A stretch of DNA of 64,000 bases, from assembly GCA_023213395.1 (NCBI GenBank), contig CM041465.1, forward strand, positions 77,383,741 through 77,447,740, written 5' to 3'. The position numbers were made by a program, and so were the translations under genes. This DNA is from Cycas panzhihuaensis. Lineage: Eukaryota; Plantae; Cycadophyta. The notes under the pieces are model-generated. The model was not told where the DNA came from. It saw only the letters and a list, made by a program, of their open reading frames with translations, and did no database searches. Shown piece by piece: positions 27,265 through 47,879 of the stretch; within the stretch, counting starts at the first letter, position 1, and every line of letters begins with the position of its first letter.

Positions 27265-30200
27265 TTTTTTTTTGGTAAGGTAAAATAAATAAATCATGGG
27301 TTTTAAAACAAGATCCCACAATGTAGTACATCCAAAAATGTATTACTCAAAACAATCCAAGGCCGTGACAAGCCCAGCCATAAACATGATAAGCAGACAC
27401 CAACGACATCTAGATTATGCTAGGACAAGCCCCATGGCTAGCTCTCACAAAACTTTTCGTCCTCAACCAATCTCATGAATTCCTTAGGGATAAGCTCTCT
27501 CCATACATTTGAACTCTTGTTCTTCACTCCCCAGTTAGCCAGATTATCAACCACTTTATTATATTCCCTGTAGGTATAGTAGAATTGGACATTCTCCAAC
27601 CTTTTTAGTGCTTCTTGGGCATCCTTAACCATAGCCTATATTCTCTAATATGGGGTGGGTAAACCATTCAGAAGTTTTATCACATTAAGTGAATCCCCCT
27701 CAAACACCACACTGTTGAGACCTCCCTCAAGGGCCAACTCCAAAGTTCTAAGCATAGCTGCCATCTCATCCCTATCATTCATTTTCTTATTATAATACTT
27801 TGCAAAGGCCTAGATAACCTTCCTTTTGGGGTCTTTATAGATTCCTCCACCCCCCCCCCCCCCACAACTTCCCCAGGGTTTCCTTTTGATGACCCATCAA
27901 AGTTTATTTTTACCCAATGGTCATCTAGAGATATCCAAGAACATATCTGTCTCTTCCCTAACTGAATATCTGGCTTTAGTCCCCACTTATTCAGTATCAT
28001 CCCTTTTATCGCTTATATACATTTCTCCTCTATGGGTTTTACATTCTCTCTGATCCTAGTATAAATAATATTGAAGATTTTATTTACATCTATTTGTTTA
28101 TTCTGGAAGAGCCTCTTATTTCTTTCTTTCTATAGATTCCATGCCACCAACAGATAGGCAATTCTCCAAGTGCTACTTAGAACTCTACTTCTATAGGGGC
28201 ACTACCAAGAGATCCACTGGTCTATAATATTCTCTGATTGAACCCATTGGACTTCAAAGAGATTGAACAACAACCTCTAGATCTCCCTAGAGAAAGAATA
28301 ATAGAGTAGGATGTGGTCCATGATTCCTCTTCCTTATAATATAGGACACATTTGTTTGTCATTTGGAATCCTCTTTTCATCAAATTGTCCACTATTAATA
28401 CCTTATTTTCAAATAAATCCACAAAAAAATAGCTACTTTTGGAATGTAATTTCCACACCCCATCTAGAAGCTTATTCCTTTGATTCCCTCTTTCTTCACA
28501 TAGGAAATGGTATCCATGCTTCACTGAATACTCCCTATATTGGGTCGAAGGCCAAACCATTGAGTCTACAGCCTTTGTTTTTGGGATATAAAACTTGTTT
28601 AGTTCCCTACAGAGATTTTCTACACTCTCTTGGGAACAAATCTCTCCTAGAAGAATCTTGAAGCACCTCCACCTTCTATATCTCCCTTCACCAGTCCAAT
28701 AGTCCCAAACTCGAACCTTGAAGCTCCTCTCACAGGGGGCTGAAGGGTGGCTAAATTTGATCTACTATTCAGGCTCTTTTCTCCACACCAAATATCCTCC
28801 CAGATTTAATAATGTTCCCATCTCACTCTAGCCTTCAGCAAACTCCTAGACTTAAGAATACTCCTCCAGACCTCTGACCTAGATGAGAAAATTATATTCT
28901 CATTTAATAAAGAGTAGCCCTGAAGATACTTTTAGGATAAAATCTTACCCCAAAGGCCTTCCCCACCTTTGGTCAAGTGCCATCTAAGCTTATCCACTAG
29001 CTCTGTGTTAAATAAAGGTATTCTTCTCAGATTTAGACCCCTAGCCCATTTTAGGGTGCAAACTTTGTTCCAACTTACCAAGTGGATTCAGTCCTTCTCC
29101 TCAACCCTCAACCATAGAAATCTTTTTTGAATAGATTCCAGCACTGGCAAGACCCTAGCCAGTAATGTAAAAACTAACATCCAATAGATAGGAATACTTT
29201 GAAGGGAGGTAGCCACCAATTGAAGCTTTTCAGCTTGGCTTAAAAGAGCCCCTTTCCATCTAGCTAACTTCCTCTGTATCCGATCGATAATGGGGTTCCA
29301 CATATCCCTCATCACCTTTCCAACAAATAAGGGCATCCCAAAGTAAATAGTGGGCAACTTCTAGATCTCCATCTCTAATATTTTACTTGTCCTTCTTTGG
29401 GTAATAACCAAGGTATTTAAGAAATAAACACTACTTTTATTCAAGTCTACCTTCTAGTTTGTGGCCATCTTGAATCTCCTCAATCCCTCTTTAAACCTAA
29501 TGGCCTCCCTTATAGATGCTTTCCCTAAGAATATGTTAGTGTCTACAAATTGGTGGTGCACTATGTTGTCCAAACTAGAAGTAGATCTAAGTCCTATAAC
29601 TAGCCTCTAACTTCTGGCTTTCTCTATAGCCCTCCCCAACATCTTAGCCAAAATTATAAATAGGTAAGGGGATATAGGGTCATCTTATCTCAGCCCCTGA
29701 ATCCTAGGAAGAATCTAGAAGATGTACCATTAATAATAACAGAGTATTGAGGATTAGAGATGTAGAGCTTCATCCATTCTCTCCACTACTCTCTAAATCA
29801 GAAAGCTTCTAACCACTCCATTGGGTAATCCTACAAGACTCTATTGTAGGCCTTTGAGAGATCAATCTTTATTATCATACTAGGCTCCCTTCTTTCATTA
29901 GTTGAATAGAGTGTTTTATGAATCATAATAATAGCACCTGTGATCTGTCTACCTTGCACAAACCCGTCCTAATTCTGAGAGATAATTTGAAGAATAATAT
30001 TTTTTAGTCTATTTGTAAGGACCTTTGCTATGATCTTATACTTCACATTGCAAAGGCTAATGGTCCAGAACTCCTCTAGCTTTCTAGCCCCTTCCTTTTT
30101 TGGAATTAAGATTAGGAATTTGGACTGCTATTCTCAAATGATTTTTTGGTTTGCTTAGAACTCTTTAATCGCTTCCATAAGATAGCCCTTAATTAATTCC

Positions 30201-32735
30201 TAGAATTCCTAAAAGAAACTAGGAGGAAAGCCATCTGGCCTGGTGCTTTCTCACTCTTCAGCCCAAAGACTGCCTTCTTTACTTTTTCTTGAGTAAAGAG
30301 CACTTTCAACATGGTATTCTGGTTCTCATTGACAAGTCTGGAGATAGACCTCATAAAGTCCCTCCTAACATCCTTATCCCCACCTTGCGGTTCTGTAAAT
30401 AGATCCCTAAAGTAGGCAATGGTTGTATCCTTTAACTCTTCTTAACTATTCACTTTCGAGCCATCTTCCTTTTGGAGTTTACTAATCCTATTGCTAGCTC
30501 TATGCTTTACAGTGGTCATATGAAAAAATTTGGCGTTTCTATCTCCTTCTACCAACTAGATGGCCCTTGATGGTTGCTTCAAGTGAATTTCTTCTCTGAT
30601 TAACACCTCCTCTAGATTCTCAACAAGGTCTCTTTCACTTTTATCCAGATCTTATGTCCTTCCTTCCACCTGGATTCTACTATCAACTTCATTCAGATCC
30701 TTAATAATTTGATCCTTGATAGAATGAATATTCCTGAACACCTCTTTGTTCTAATTCTTCGCTTGCCTTTTGACCCAATCCAACTTCCTCGAGAATCTAT
30801 ACATAGCATTGCCTTACATAAGCACTGTCCACCATTCCTTAACCTTCTACTTGAACTCAGGACATCTAACCCACATCATTTCAAATATGAATGGAGACCC
30901 TATATGTTTCTCTGCATTCGAGAAGATAAATATGAGAGGAGAGTGGTCGAATCTAATTTTTGATAAGGCCTCTAGAGTAAAATTATTATAGCACTTAGCC
31001 CATTCAAAATTTACCATAACTCTATCCAACTTAATTTGGATAAGTTCGTTCCCCAATCTCTTATTTAACCACATGAAGCTAGCTCCTCTAAGCATGACAT
31101 CCACTAACCTGCCTCTCTACATGAAACTACCCAGGTCGTGCATATTATTTGACCACCCCTCCTGCCCCCCTCTCTTCTCCCCTGGGCAGAGTACCATGTT
31201 GAAATCGCTTGCCACCAACCAGGGCATCCTGTAACCCCCATGGTCTTCCAAGATATAATCCCATATCTTTCTCTAATCCTCAGGAAGGTTTGGGGCATAT
31301 ACATTTGTAACTCTCTATTTTAGATTGTTCCTTCTACTAATGAACCACATAGAGATGTAGGAATCCCTTTCCTTGAAGGTCTCCCCTATCCACTCATCTA
31401 GATTCCACATCACCATTAAACTTCTAGCCCCTTGACCACTATTTACTACTTCACATTCTTCTCTCTTCCAAATTCTATTCTTATCTATTAAACTATTTTC
31501 TATGTTAAGCTTGGTTTCTTATAAAAAGATAATATCAGGTCTATCTCTCATCCTCATATCTCTTAAAATCCTCTATTTTGAGGGGGTATTCATCTCCCTA
31601 ACATTCCATGAAATAAGATTCATCTAATTTTCCTTTGATTCCAAACCTCCATGGCATCTGTTAGATCCTGCCCTTTAATTATAGATCTAAGCCTGGGCCC
31701 TTCCAAGAATCCATCATTCAGAGTTTTTTGATTTCCCTGATCAACTTGAGCCACTTCTTCCCTTTCTCTTAAAATATTCAGCGATGGTCTTCCCACCCTC
31801 CTCTTAGACCCAACATCTATGATCTTCCTTTTCCCTGCTACCTTTTGATCCACCTTAGAGGGGGTCTCCTTAATCTCTCCTTTCGGGACCTGTTTAACAA
31901 TTATCTCCTCTACCTCTGCCACTGGTAGTGCATAAGCCACCTCTTCTCCCTCTTAGTAGAGATTATCCTCCTCATTGAGGCATAGATCTAGCCCCATGTC
32001 CCCATGCTCCTAAAGAGAGCTCTCTGCCCTCTCCTACTCATGGGACTCTACCTTCTTTATAGAGGAATCCTCTAGAGGATCATTCTCTACCTAATTAACC
32101 TCTTCCTCTTTCTTATCCCCTGGGCATTTCTGTGGTAGGTGGCATAACCTTCTATAAAATGAGCACCTAAAGTTATCCATCTCGTATATCATTGGCTGCA
32201 CCATGCTCCAATCCTCCAAATCAATCCACACTTCATCTAGAAGGGGTTTGTCAATTTTAGCGAGGGCACAAAACTTGGTATATATTAGCCTATTTTTATT
32301 TTTTATTATAGAATCAACTGCTAAAAGAAGGCCAATGGCCTTTGCCAAGCCCTTCAAAAACTCCATATTCTATAAATGCAGTGGGAGTCTAGGTAGTTAG
32401 ATCCATATTGGTGCTTGTTTTACCATAGGTATTGATGGGCAAAAATCATTATGCCATTTTTCTAGTATTAGGGATTTTCTCCCTATCATCCAAGGAGCCT
32501 TCAACAGTATATTAGTCATATCTTCCTGTAGGGTGAACTTGAATAATACACACCCCTTTGGCATTGCTATAACTTCAAAAGGGCCAACCGTCTTCCATCT
32601 CGACCTAACCCAACTCCTTATGGTTTCTAAATTTGGTCTAGGTCTAGAGAATCTTTCGACCAGGCAGTTCTCCTAGTATTTCTCCATTTTATCCACCGGT
32701 TTCTTTGGTATTTATAATCTAACTTTGTTATCCCT
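27265..32735 (-). mobile_element. L1-2: near full-length degenerate L1 LINE (most of ORF1 + ORF2 endonuclease-RT-RNase H)
   Basis: Poly(T) 27265-27273. ORF2 starts 'MNLISWNVR' at 31623, with endonuclease 'KLDRV...FDHSPL' and RNase H 'KINFDGSSKGNPG...YREYNKVVDNLAN'. ORF1 (DUF4283-like plus knuckle) spans 31620-32735. Confidence 0.93.
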
Positions 32736-33289
32736 GATTATAAATTTTATCCATATTTATCTATATTTACTGATGTTACTGATAAATCAAATTCAAGTGA
32801 AGTTCTTCTTTTGAATGTTAATTTAAATTTGAGTACACAAGTTTTAAAAGATATTTTTAACTATTCAAATAATTAGAAGGATTTGCAAGCTGATAAAGAT
32901 AAATAAATTATATTTGAGTTTGATTCAAGAGATATTCTTGTTTTTAATTTTAATAAGAGAATGTCAAGATATTAAGTGATTCAGGATGATACATTTGAAG
33001 TAAATTAAAGGTTCATGATCTAAGAGAGATACTACAAGATCTACATAAAAATTATAATAAAACTTACAAAGATTCAATTTGATAGTCAAAATACTAATGA
33101 GGAGTTGAATTTCATAAAGAAGAATGAAGCATATCAAGATCAAGTATTATTAGTATATTCAAGAGTTAATACAATAAATACAAGTTGAAGATCAAATTGA
33201 ATACCAAGTTTTAGATATAATCTTTAAGATATTTTTAAATATCAAGTATTACAAATTCAAAACAATATTTATGTTCTCAAATATACATT

Positions 33290-36200
33290 TTTTTTTTTTG
33301 ATAAGGTAAAATAAAATTATAGGGGGTTTTAACTAGGTCCCCAAACCTGGTACATCAACGCCATACAGCTTAAATAAATTGACCATGACAGGCCCATGAT
33401 CTAGCCCATATTCTGATTTACTTCTCCGTATCCGGTCCTCACTGTGCATCCATCGACCGCCTCATTAGCTCCTCGGAAGTCCTCTTTCCGGACTTTAAAT
33501 CTTTTATTGATCACCGCCCAATTTGCTAACCAATCCACGAATTTCCTTCTCTATAAGTGTCCGGATCCGGACCTCGATCCGGCATTCAACCCATCTGGAT
33601 ATCCTTAAAAATATCGTTGTTTTCCCATCGCCTTCCCTCTCAAACATTTTATCGCATACATCGAATCCTCTAATATCACCTTTTGCCCGTTTTCCTCTTC
33701 CATCAGAATAGAGGCCCTTAACAACGCCCGAACTTCAGCTTTCTGGTTCGATTGAACCCCCAAATATTCCGCAAATGCCCATCTCAAATTACCTTCATGA
33801 TCCCTACATGTGCCCCCCCGCCAGGTTGCCTTTAGCAAGGTCAAAATTGACCTTTACCCATGAGGCATCTAGAGGATGCCACTTAACATCTCTTCTCTTA
33901 GCTTTAACACCTTCTAGGGGAGCTAAACCCCATTGATTAATAATGTCTTCTTCCCCTTTAGGAATCCTATCCTCCTTTGGATTAACCATCACTTCTGAGA
34001 TGGCTTTTCTGATCTCTTTCAGCAGCACCTGGTTATCCTTCTCCTTGTCTTCGAAGATCCTCCTGTTATGTTCCTTCCAGATGCATCAACAACCTATCAG
34101 AAGGATCATCTTCCATAGACTAGAGAGGACTTTACTTTTGAAGGGAGAAATCCAAGCTGACCATTGCTCCCCCAAAGATTGAGAAGAGACCCAAGCAATC
34201 CCCATCCCAGACCAAAGGGCACCCCATATGCCCCCCGAATAGGGACAATGGATACAAAGGTGGTCCAAGGTTTCTGCAGCCTGCTTACATAGAACACATC
34301 TACTAACCAAATGGAAGCCCCGCTTTGAAAGATTATCCAAAGTAAGTAATTTGTTTTGGAGGCATAACCACCAGAAGGCTGCAACTTTTGGAATCACCCC
34401 CATCTTCCAAACCCCGGCTAAGAAGTCGTTCCTGTCCCATCCTTCTCTGCTCACTCTTAAGTTGTACCCAGTTTTAACCGTATATAATCCAGAAGGCGAA
34501 GACGGCCATATCAGGGAATCTGGAGCCAACCTCTTCGGAATATACTGGTTATCTAAGATCACTTTCACCCTGTCGAGCACCCCTTCACAACCGTGAATTT
34601 CCTAACGATCTCCACTTCTGCCTTTTCCGCCCCCACACAGTAGTTCTTAACAAAGGACCCATAACGATTTACACATTCCCTTTTCATATTCCCGATATTA
34701 GGCAACTCCTCGAATTTAAAGTGGCCGCACCATCTGTCTTCCCAGAACCTAATACTCTCTCTGTTTCCGGCTTCCAACAAGATACCTTCACGAAGAAGAG
34801 CTCTCGTAGACCTGATAGCTCTCCAAACCTTGGACCCCTCCAAACAAAGCCCTCCTCCAAAGAAAAGTGATTATCCCCAAATACTTCCTATGATTTTTCC
34901 CCACCGATCCAAATTTCTTTAGTGAGCCTCCACCCCATCTTTTCCAGAGAGCCTCGTTAAAAAATCCACCTCCTAACATCGAGACCTCCCGCCCACTTGG
35001 GCCTGCAAACCTTTTCCTATGAAACTAGGTGGAATCTCCTTCTGTCTTCAAAGACCACCACGAAATCTCTTCATGATACCCTCCGTGGTGGAGATAACCT
35101 TGCTCGGCAATTTGAAGACCGACATTTGGAAGACCTAATACTCGCAAAGAAGCCAAAAGTAACTGGATTTTCACAGCCCAACTAAGGAGGGCCCCTTTCC
35201 AACCAGCCAGCTTCCTGCTAAACCTACTAACTACTGGGTCCCACATTTCCTTCCCAATTTTCCCACAAAGAGCGGCATACCTAGTACGAACTCGGAAGGA
35301 ACCTCTACTCATCTCCAAGATTCTGCTTATCTTTCGCTGAAGCCTCTCCAGAGTATTGATAAAAAGACCGCTTTTGTTCAAGTTTATCTCTTGATTCGTG
35401 GCCTTCTCGTATGCCTGAAATCCCGCTTTTAAGGCCTTAGCCTCCCCCACTGAGGCTCTGCTTAGAAAAATATTATCATCTACAAACTGGTGCAGCGCAA
35501 TATTCTCTAGGTGGGACGAGGCTCTCAAGCCTGATATCCTCCCAACCCTCTGGGCCTCCATCGATGCCCTACCTAACAACTCGGCCATGATAATGAGCAG
35601 GTGAAGGGGAGAGGGGTCACCTTGCCTCCCCCTCGATCCAAAGAAAGAAGGAGTCGACCTATCGTTTATAATAACCGAGAAGGACACTCGGAAATACTGA
35701 GATCTCATCCGTCCCTCCATACCTCCCCAAAGCCAAAAGCCTCAAGACATCTGCAGGCAGGTCCCCAAGCCACCCGATCATAGGCCTTGGACATATCTGC
35801 TTTTGATGATCATACGCCTCCTTGCGGGACATCGCCGAATGTGGTCTCATGGACAATAATAATACCGTCCGTAATTTGTCTTCCTTTCACAAACCCGCCC
35901 TGATTCTGGGAAATAAACTCCGGGAGATATACTCTCAATCTGTTCGCCAATAGTTTGGCAAGTATCTTGTATTTGACGTTGCATAGACTAATCGGTCAAG
36001 TCTTCCATGGCTTCCACTCCTCCTTCTTAGGAATCAATGCCAAGAATGTGGCTGCCACTCCTTGAATAGTACGCTCGGAAGAATTCATTGCTACCGACAA
36101 TGATCATTCTTAATTATCTCCCAATATTCCCGGAAAAGCACGGAGGGAAACCATCGGCCAGGGCCTTATCACGTCCCATCTTGAATAAGGCCACCTCGAC

Positions 36201-37252
36201 CTCCTCCGAGAGAAAGGTTACTTATTATTCCATTCCTCAGATATCACTTTTGGAATATATTGTAAAAGAGTCGCCCGAGAGGCGGGATCACGACATCCGG
36301 CCTCAGATAGAGCTCCTGGAAATAGTCCCTCGCAATACTCCCGATCTGATCCTCCGCCTCGTACACGACCCCATCCCTGCTGCGAATCCTAGCAATCTGT
36401 TATGGGACCTATGTCTCAAGGTGGACATATGGAAGAACTTAGTGTTCTGCCCCTCCTTTATCCATTGTTCTCGGACTGCCCAAAAGATTTCCTCCCTTTC
36501 CAAAGACCTCCTCATAATTTCTAGAAATTAAGAGCTCCTCAGAACCCAATTCCTGGGTTCTTCCTTCCCTCTGGATCCTCTCCTCTATCCCCTTAAGATT
36601 TTCCATCGAGAGACCTTTATTTACGAATATATTTCCAAAACCTCCTTGTTCCAAACTTTAACTTGTTTCTTTACCAGTTTCCTCGAAAATCAACATGGCA
36701 CACCAGATCTGAATCCCCCACCATTCCCGGATCCTATCTGTCAAATCAGGGTGTTTCTGCCACATAAGTTCAAATCGAAATGGAGTCCCTTTGTAGAAGG
36801 ACGGAACAGACCCCTCCAAAATGAGGGGCGTGGTGGTCCCGACTTTCTAGGTCTCTAACTTCACACTGAATGTGATTGATGCCAAGCCGCCTATTAGACC
36901 AAGTAAACCTAACCCCCCTAATAGGCACATCCATCAGGCTGCCCGATTGCAAAAACGCCCCAAGATCTGACATGCTTCTAGTCCAACCCCTTTGCCCTCC
37001 TATCTTCTCTTCCGGGCAAAGGGGGGAATTGAAGTCCCCCGCCACCAGCCAGGGCCCCTTCCAGTCTCTATGGGTTTCTACCAAACCCTCCCACAATCTC
37101 CTCCTCCCTTCGACCGTGTTAGGGGCGTAAATGTTGGTAATCCAATACTCCTTGTTGGTAGAGGTACACACCAACCCCACTGTTAAGAAGTGTTCGCTCT
37201 TGCACACCTCATACCCTTTCCACCTTTTGGGATTCCACAAAGAGGCCAGCCC
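33290..37252 (-). mobile_element. L1-3: L1 LINE, 5'-truncated within the endonuclease, with a perfect 18-bp TSD
   Basis: TSD TGTTCTCAAATATACATT at 33272-33289 and 37253-37270; poly(T) tail; motifs 'ITNIYAP', 'PWLVAGDFN', 'HQFVDD' and RNase H. Confidence 0.95.
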
Positions 37253-37279
37253 TGTTCTCAAATATACATTATTGGGGAG

Positions 37280-37566
37280 TGTTGAAATAGTTTAGTTCAT
37301 GCTTTATGAGGCAAAGTGGTAATGTACATTTGTGAAATTATTTTTATTATGATATTAATATTTTATGGTGGGTTCCATGCATAGTCAAATTAAGAATTAT
37401 AAATACACATTCAATCTATCATATGAAGTACAATTGATGTAATAATATTTTTATGGTCTTTAATTAAAGTTAAGGTACTCTAATGGTACTATTGTGATCT
37501 TGGTGGTGGTTGTTATTTTTTTTTTATTTATGTATTATTATTTTTTGTCAATGCCATTTTTTTATG
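37280..37566 (+). repeat. 3' LTR of element B
   Basis: TGTTGAAATAG... matches 18992-19218 joined to 24884-24955. Confidence 0.85.
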
Positions 37567-37809
37567 TATCTATCTTCATCCATCTCATTCATCATTCATC
37601 ATCTTCATCTAGCCCTTGGATCTTAGCCACATATCATTGGTATAATTATGGCATATTCAAACTTTTGGTTTATCAATTAGAACTTATATCTAACTCTTAT
37701 ATTGGATCTTGTACTAGTTTTGCCACTAGCTCATGTTGGTTCATCATATTAGTTTACAAGCTTCTTTTTACTACATGAGATTTTTTTATTAATCATGGTT
37801 TTAATACTA

Positions 37810-38304
37810 TGTTAGAATTTATAATTATATTTTGATACCGTATTAAATATATAAAATATAATATATTAAAATTATAATATGCATGTATAATAATAGAATA
37901 ATCTCATGAGTTATGTACACATATAAAGAAATTAATATGAACATAAAGTAAATAATATAAAACATATAACACAGGAGAGACATCATGATTTATATGTGAA
38001 AAATTTAATGTAAAAAAAATTATAAGAGAAGGTGGAGTTAATTTTTTTTTCAATGATCAGAATTATTATATATTTTTTTCAATCTTTTTATAAAATTTTA
38101 AGTGGTGTGTATACATATTTATATAAATTTTTACCTCATGAGTAGCTTATTATATGTCTTAAGCCTTTACATCATCTAATAGCATAATATAATGGATAGG
38201 GGTATACTTCACATATCTCAATATATGTGAATGGTGGGATCATATATATGGACATCTCACTACTATTAAACATTACATATATGATTAATTCATATATTCC
38301 AACA
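37810..38304 (-). repeat. 5' LTR of element A
   Basis: TGTTAG...CCAACA; homologous to 12679-13170; PBS adjacent on its left. Confidence 0.85.
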
Positions 38305-38933
38305 TAATTTTCTCTTGGAGAACAAAGGTGGAGAGTGTATTTATGAAGAATGTGGACCAACAAACCATGAATAATAACTTGTACAAGGAATCTCAATGCT
38401 AAGATCTAGAATTTAAATCTAGTAACTAAAATCTTTAATCAAGAATTATCATTCTATCTATAAATTCAAGGTGGAAAAAGTATAATAATTTTAGTTATAG
38501 GTATTTTTTCAAATCTAATGATAGAAAAGGAACAACTAGAAGAGGCATTCAAATTCTTATAAGATGTAATGAATATTGTGTAATAAGAAGTACATCGAAA
38601 TAATCAATTTAGAGGATAAATTTACAAGAGAAGAATTATTTTTCAGGAACATCTTCAATAGAAGGAAATTAAAAGATTGAACCCTTCATAATAGTTATAA
38701 TTAGTGAAAGGTTTATTAACAAAGTTAAGAGTCACTATCCTAGTTATTGCAATGTTTAGATAATAGGAAGCTAGATATTTCTAATAAATTATTCTAGATC
38801 TGATTAAAAAGCTAATGATGAGAGTTTTAAATATAGATATAGTCAATCCTCATGTCTCTATGTGTAATTTTTTCATGACCATTTATAAAAATATTATGGA
38901 CAAGGGTTCAAGGGTGAATATGTTATTAGAAAC

Positions 38934-46481
<7,548 letters not shown>

Positions 46482-47170
46482 GAAACTTAATGGATTTTAT
46501 TGGGAAGGTTGTAAGTGGTTTCTTAAATTATTTTATTAGATTGACCAACCAATTACAAGTGAGACCCATGAGTATAATAATGAATATACTTGTAATAGTG
46601 GAAGGAATCATAATATTACTATATTTTATAGTGGTTAAGATATAGAATCATAAAAAGATATACTTAACATTATTAGGGAGAACATGGTTACTAACTATTA
46701 AATCCTTTTAAGAATAGGGCAAGTGTACATTCACATTATTATTAACAAGGAAGGAGATAACTTTTCCCTTATGCATAAATGAACTACAAATTAAAAGGAT
46801 CAAAGATGTAGAGAAATCCTCTTAAAATTATACCCACCATAAGTGCTTATATAAAAATTGCTTATCAAGAATAAGCAACATCTCTAATAATTTCAATATT
46901 TACTAAATTGGTTGTAGAATGCATGGGAGGAAATGGAGCTAACAAGTTGCTACCACTTAGAGATATACCTAGATTCATCTTTAGACAAGGAAGAAATAAA
47001 CTTTGGTGTAGAAGAGGAGCAACAAATAAAGGAATCAGAAGTCAACTTGGCAAACTTGTTCAAGGAGATAATGGTACTAAATAGGGGATAAAGAGGCATC
47101 GATACAAAATGAAGTTTAATTGTAAGCAACCAAAGGCAATTATAAACTATTCATAGAGTTTTTAAAAAAA

Positions 47171-47600
47171 ATACCTCAGTTTTGGGGGAATAAAGATGCT
47201 ACAAATGCTCATTTAAAATAATGTGTAAATATTTTTAAAAATCAATTGCAAGAGAATATTTAGATGTATATATTTCCCTTATCTCTATTAGGTCAAGACT
47301 TTGTTTGGTACTTTACATATAATACACAACTATAAAACTGGGATATGGCAAAAATTCATTCCAAATTAGATTTTAAAGACAGAATAATAAATTGCTTGTA
47401 TTTTATAATGGGAAAAATCTAGAAGATCATATATAGAATTGTATTCAAGTATGTGAAGCTAAACATATACCAAAATGGGAATGGGCCCATCATTTAGCCA
47501 TTACCCTCACAAATATTGATAAAACCTAGTATCAATACTATGAGAAATAACAAAGGATAGAATGGAGTATGTTAACAAAAGACTTTAATACTTTTTCTTA
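47171..47600 (+). pseudogene. Two tandem capsid(gag)-like domains between protease and RT of H
   Basis: 'IPQFWGNKDATNAHLK*C...FPLSLLGQDFVWYF...NWDMAK', then 'FYNGKNLEDHI*NCIQVCEAKHIPKWEWAHHLAITLTNIDKT*YQYYEK*QRIEWSMLTKDF'. Confidence 0.6.
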
Positions 47601-47879
47601 CCATAGCTTAGAGGCTAAGACACAATTATCTCTTTTAACCATGAAAGATAAAATAAAAGCTCCCATAGTAAAATGCTTTTATATAGATGCTACTAATATG
47701 AATGGATGGAGATTGGAGCTAGAGCCATTATCAGATAAGGATAGTTAAGAGGAATTTAAAAATTTTCCTCTATCTTATTTTATAATAGAATTTGGAGAAA
47801 GGTAAATAGGTTAATATTTAACATATAAATTATAGGTAGATGGAAAAATAGTGAAAAAAAAGAGTTAAAATTATAAAAA

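Larger units (their letters stand above)
18992..37566 (+). mobile_element. B: gag-only (TR-GAG-like) non-autonomous LTR element, ~3.4 kb net, hosting G2, L1-2 and L1-3
   Basis: 5' LTR 18992-~24955 (split by G2) matches 3' LTR 37280-37566. PBS TGATATCAAAGCC 24957-24969; PPT GGGGAG before 37280; TSD catct/tatct. Copia gag from 26530; no pol found. Confidence 0.8.
12679..38304 (-). mobile_element. A: non-autonomous copia-derived LTR element (~3.8 kb net) hosting L1-1 and element B
   Basis: LTR pair 12679-13170 / 37810-38304; TSD gaatt/taatt. PBS on the minus strand TAGTATTAAAACC (37797-37809) differs from TGGTATCAGAGCC by transitions only. Polypurine tract (PPT) AAGAGAGAA at 13171-13179. Weak gag/protease remnants ('GDDHACE', ~18050-18320); no RT or integrase found. 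Confidence 0.75.

Noticed and set aside
13351-37252. All three L1s on the minus strand as evidence for lying in a host intron
   Set aside because: Three of three in one orientation has a 1-in-4 chance probability, and no host exons were found.
37810-38304. Two independent solo LTRs at 12.7 kb and 37.8 kb
   Set aside because: The PPT, PBS and shared TSD show they are the two ends of one element (A).
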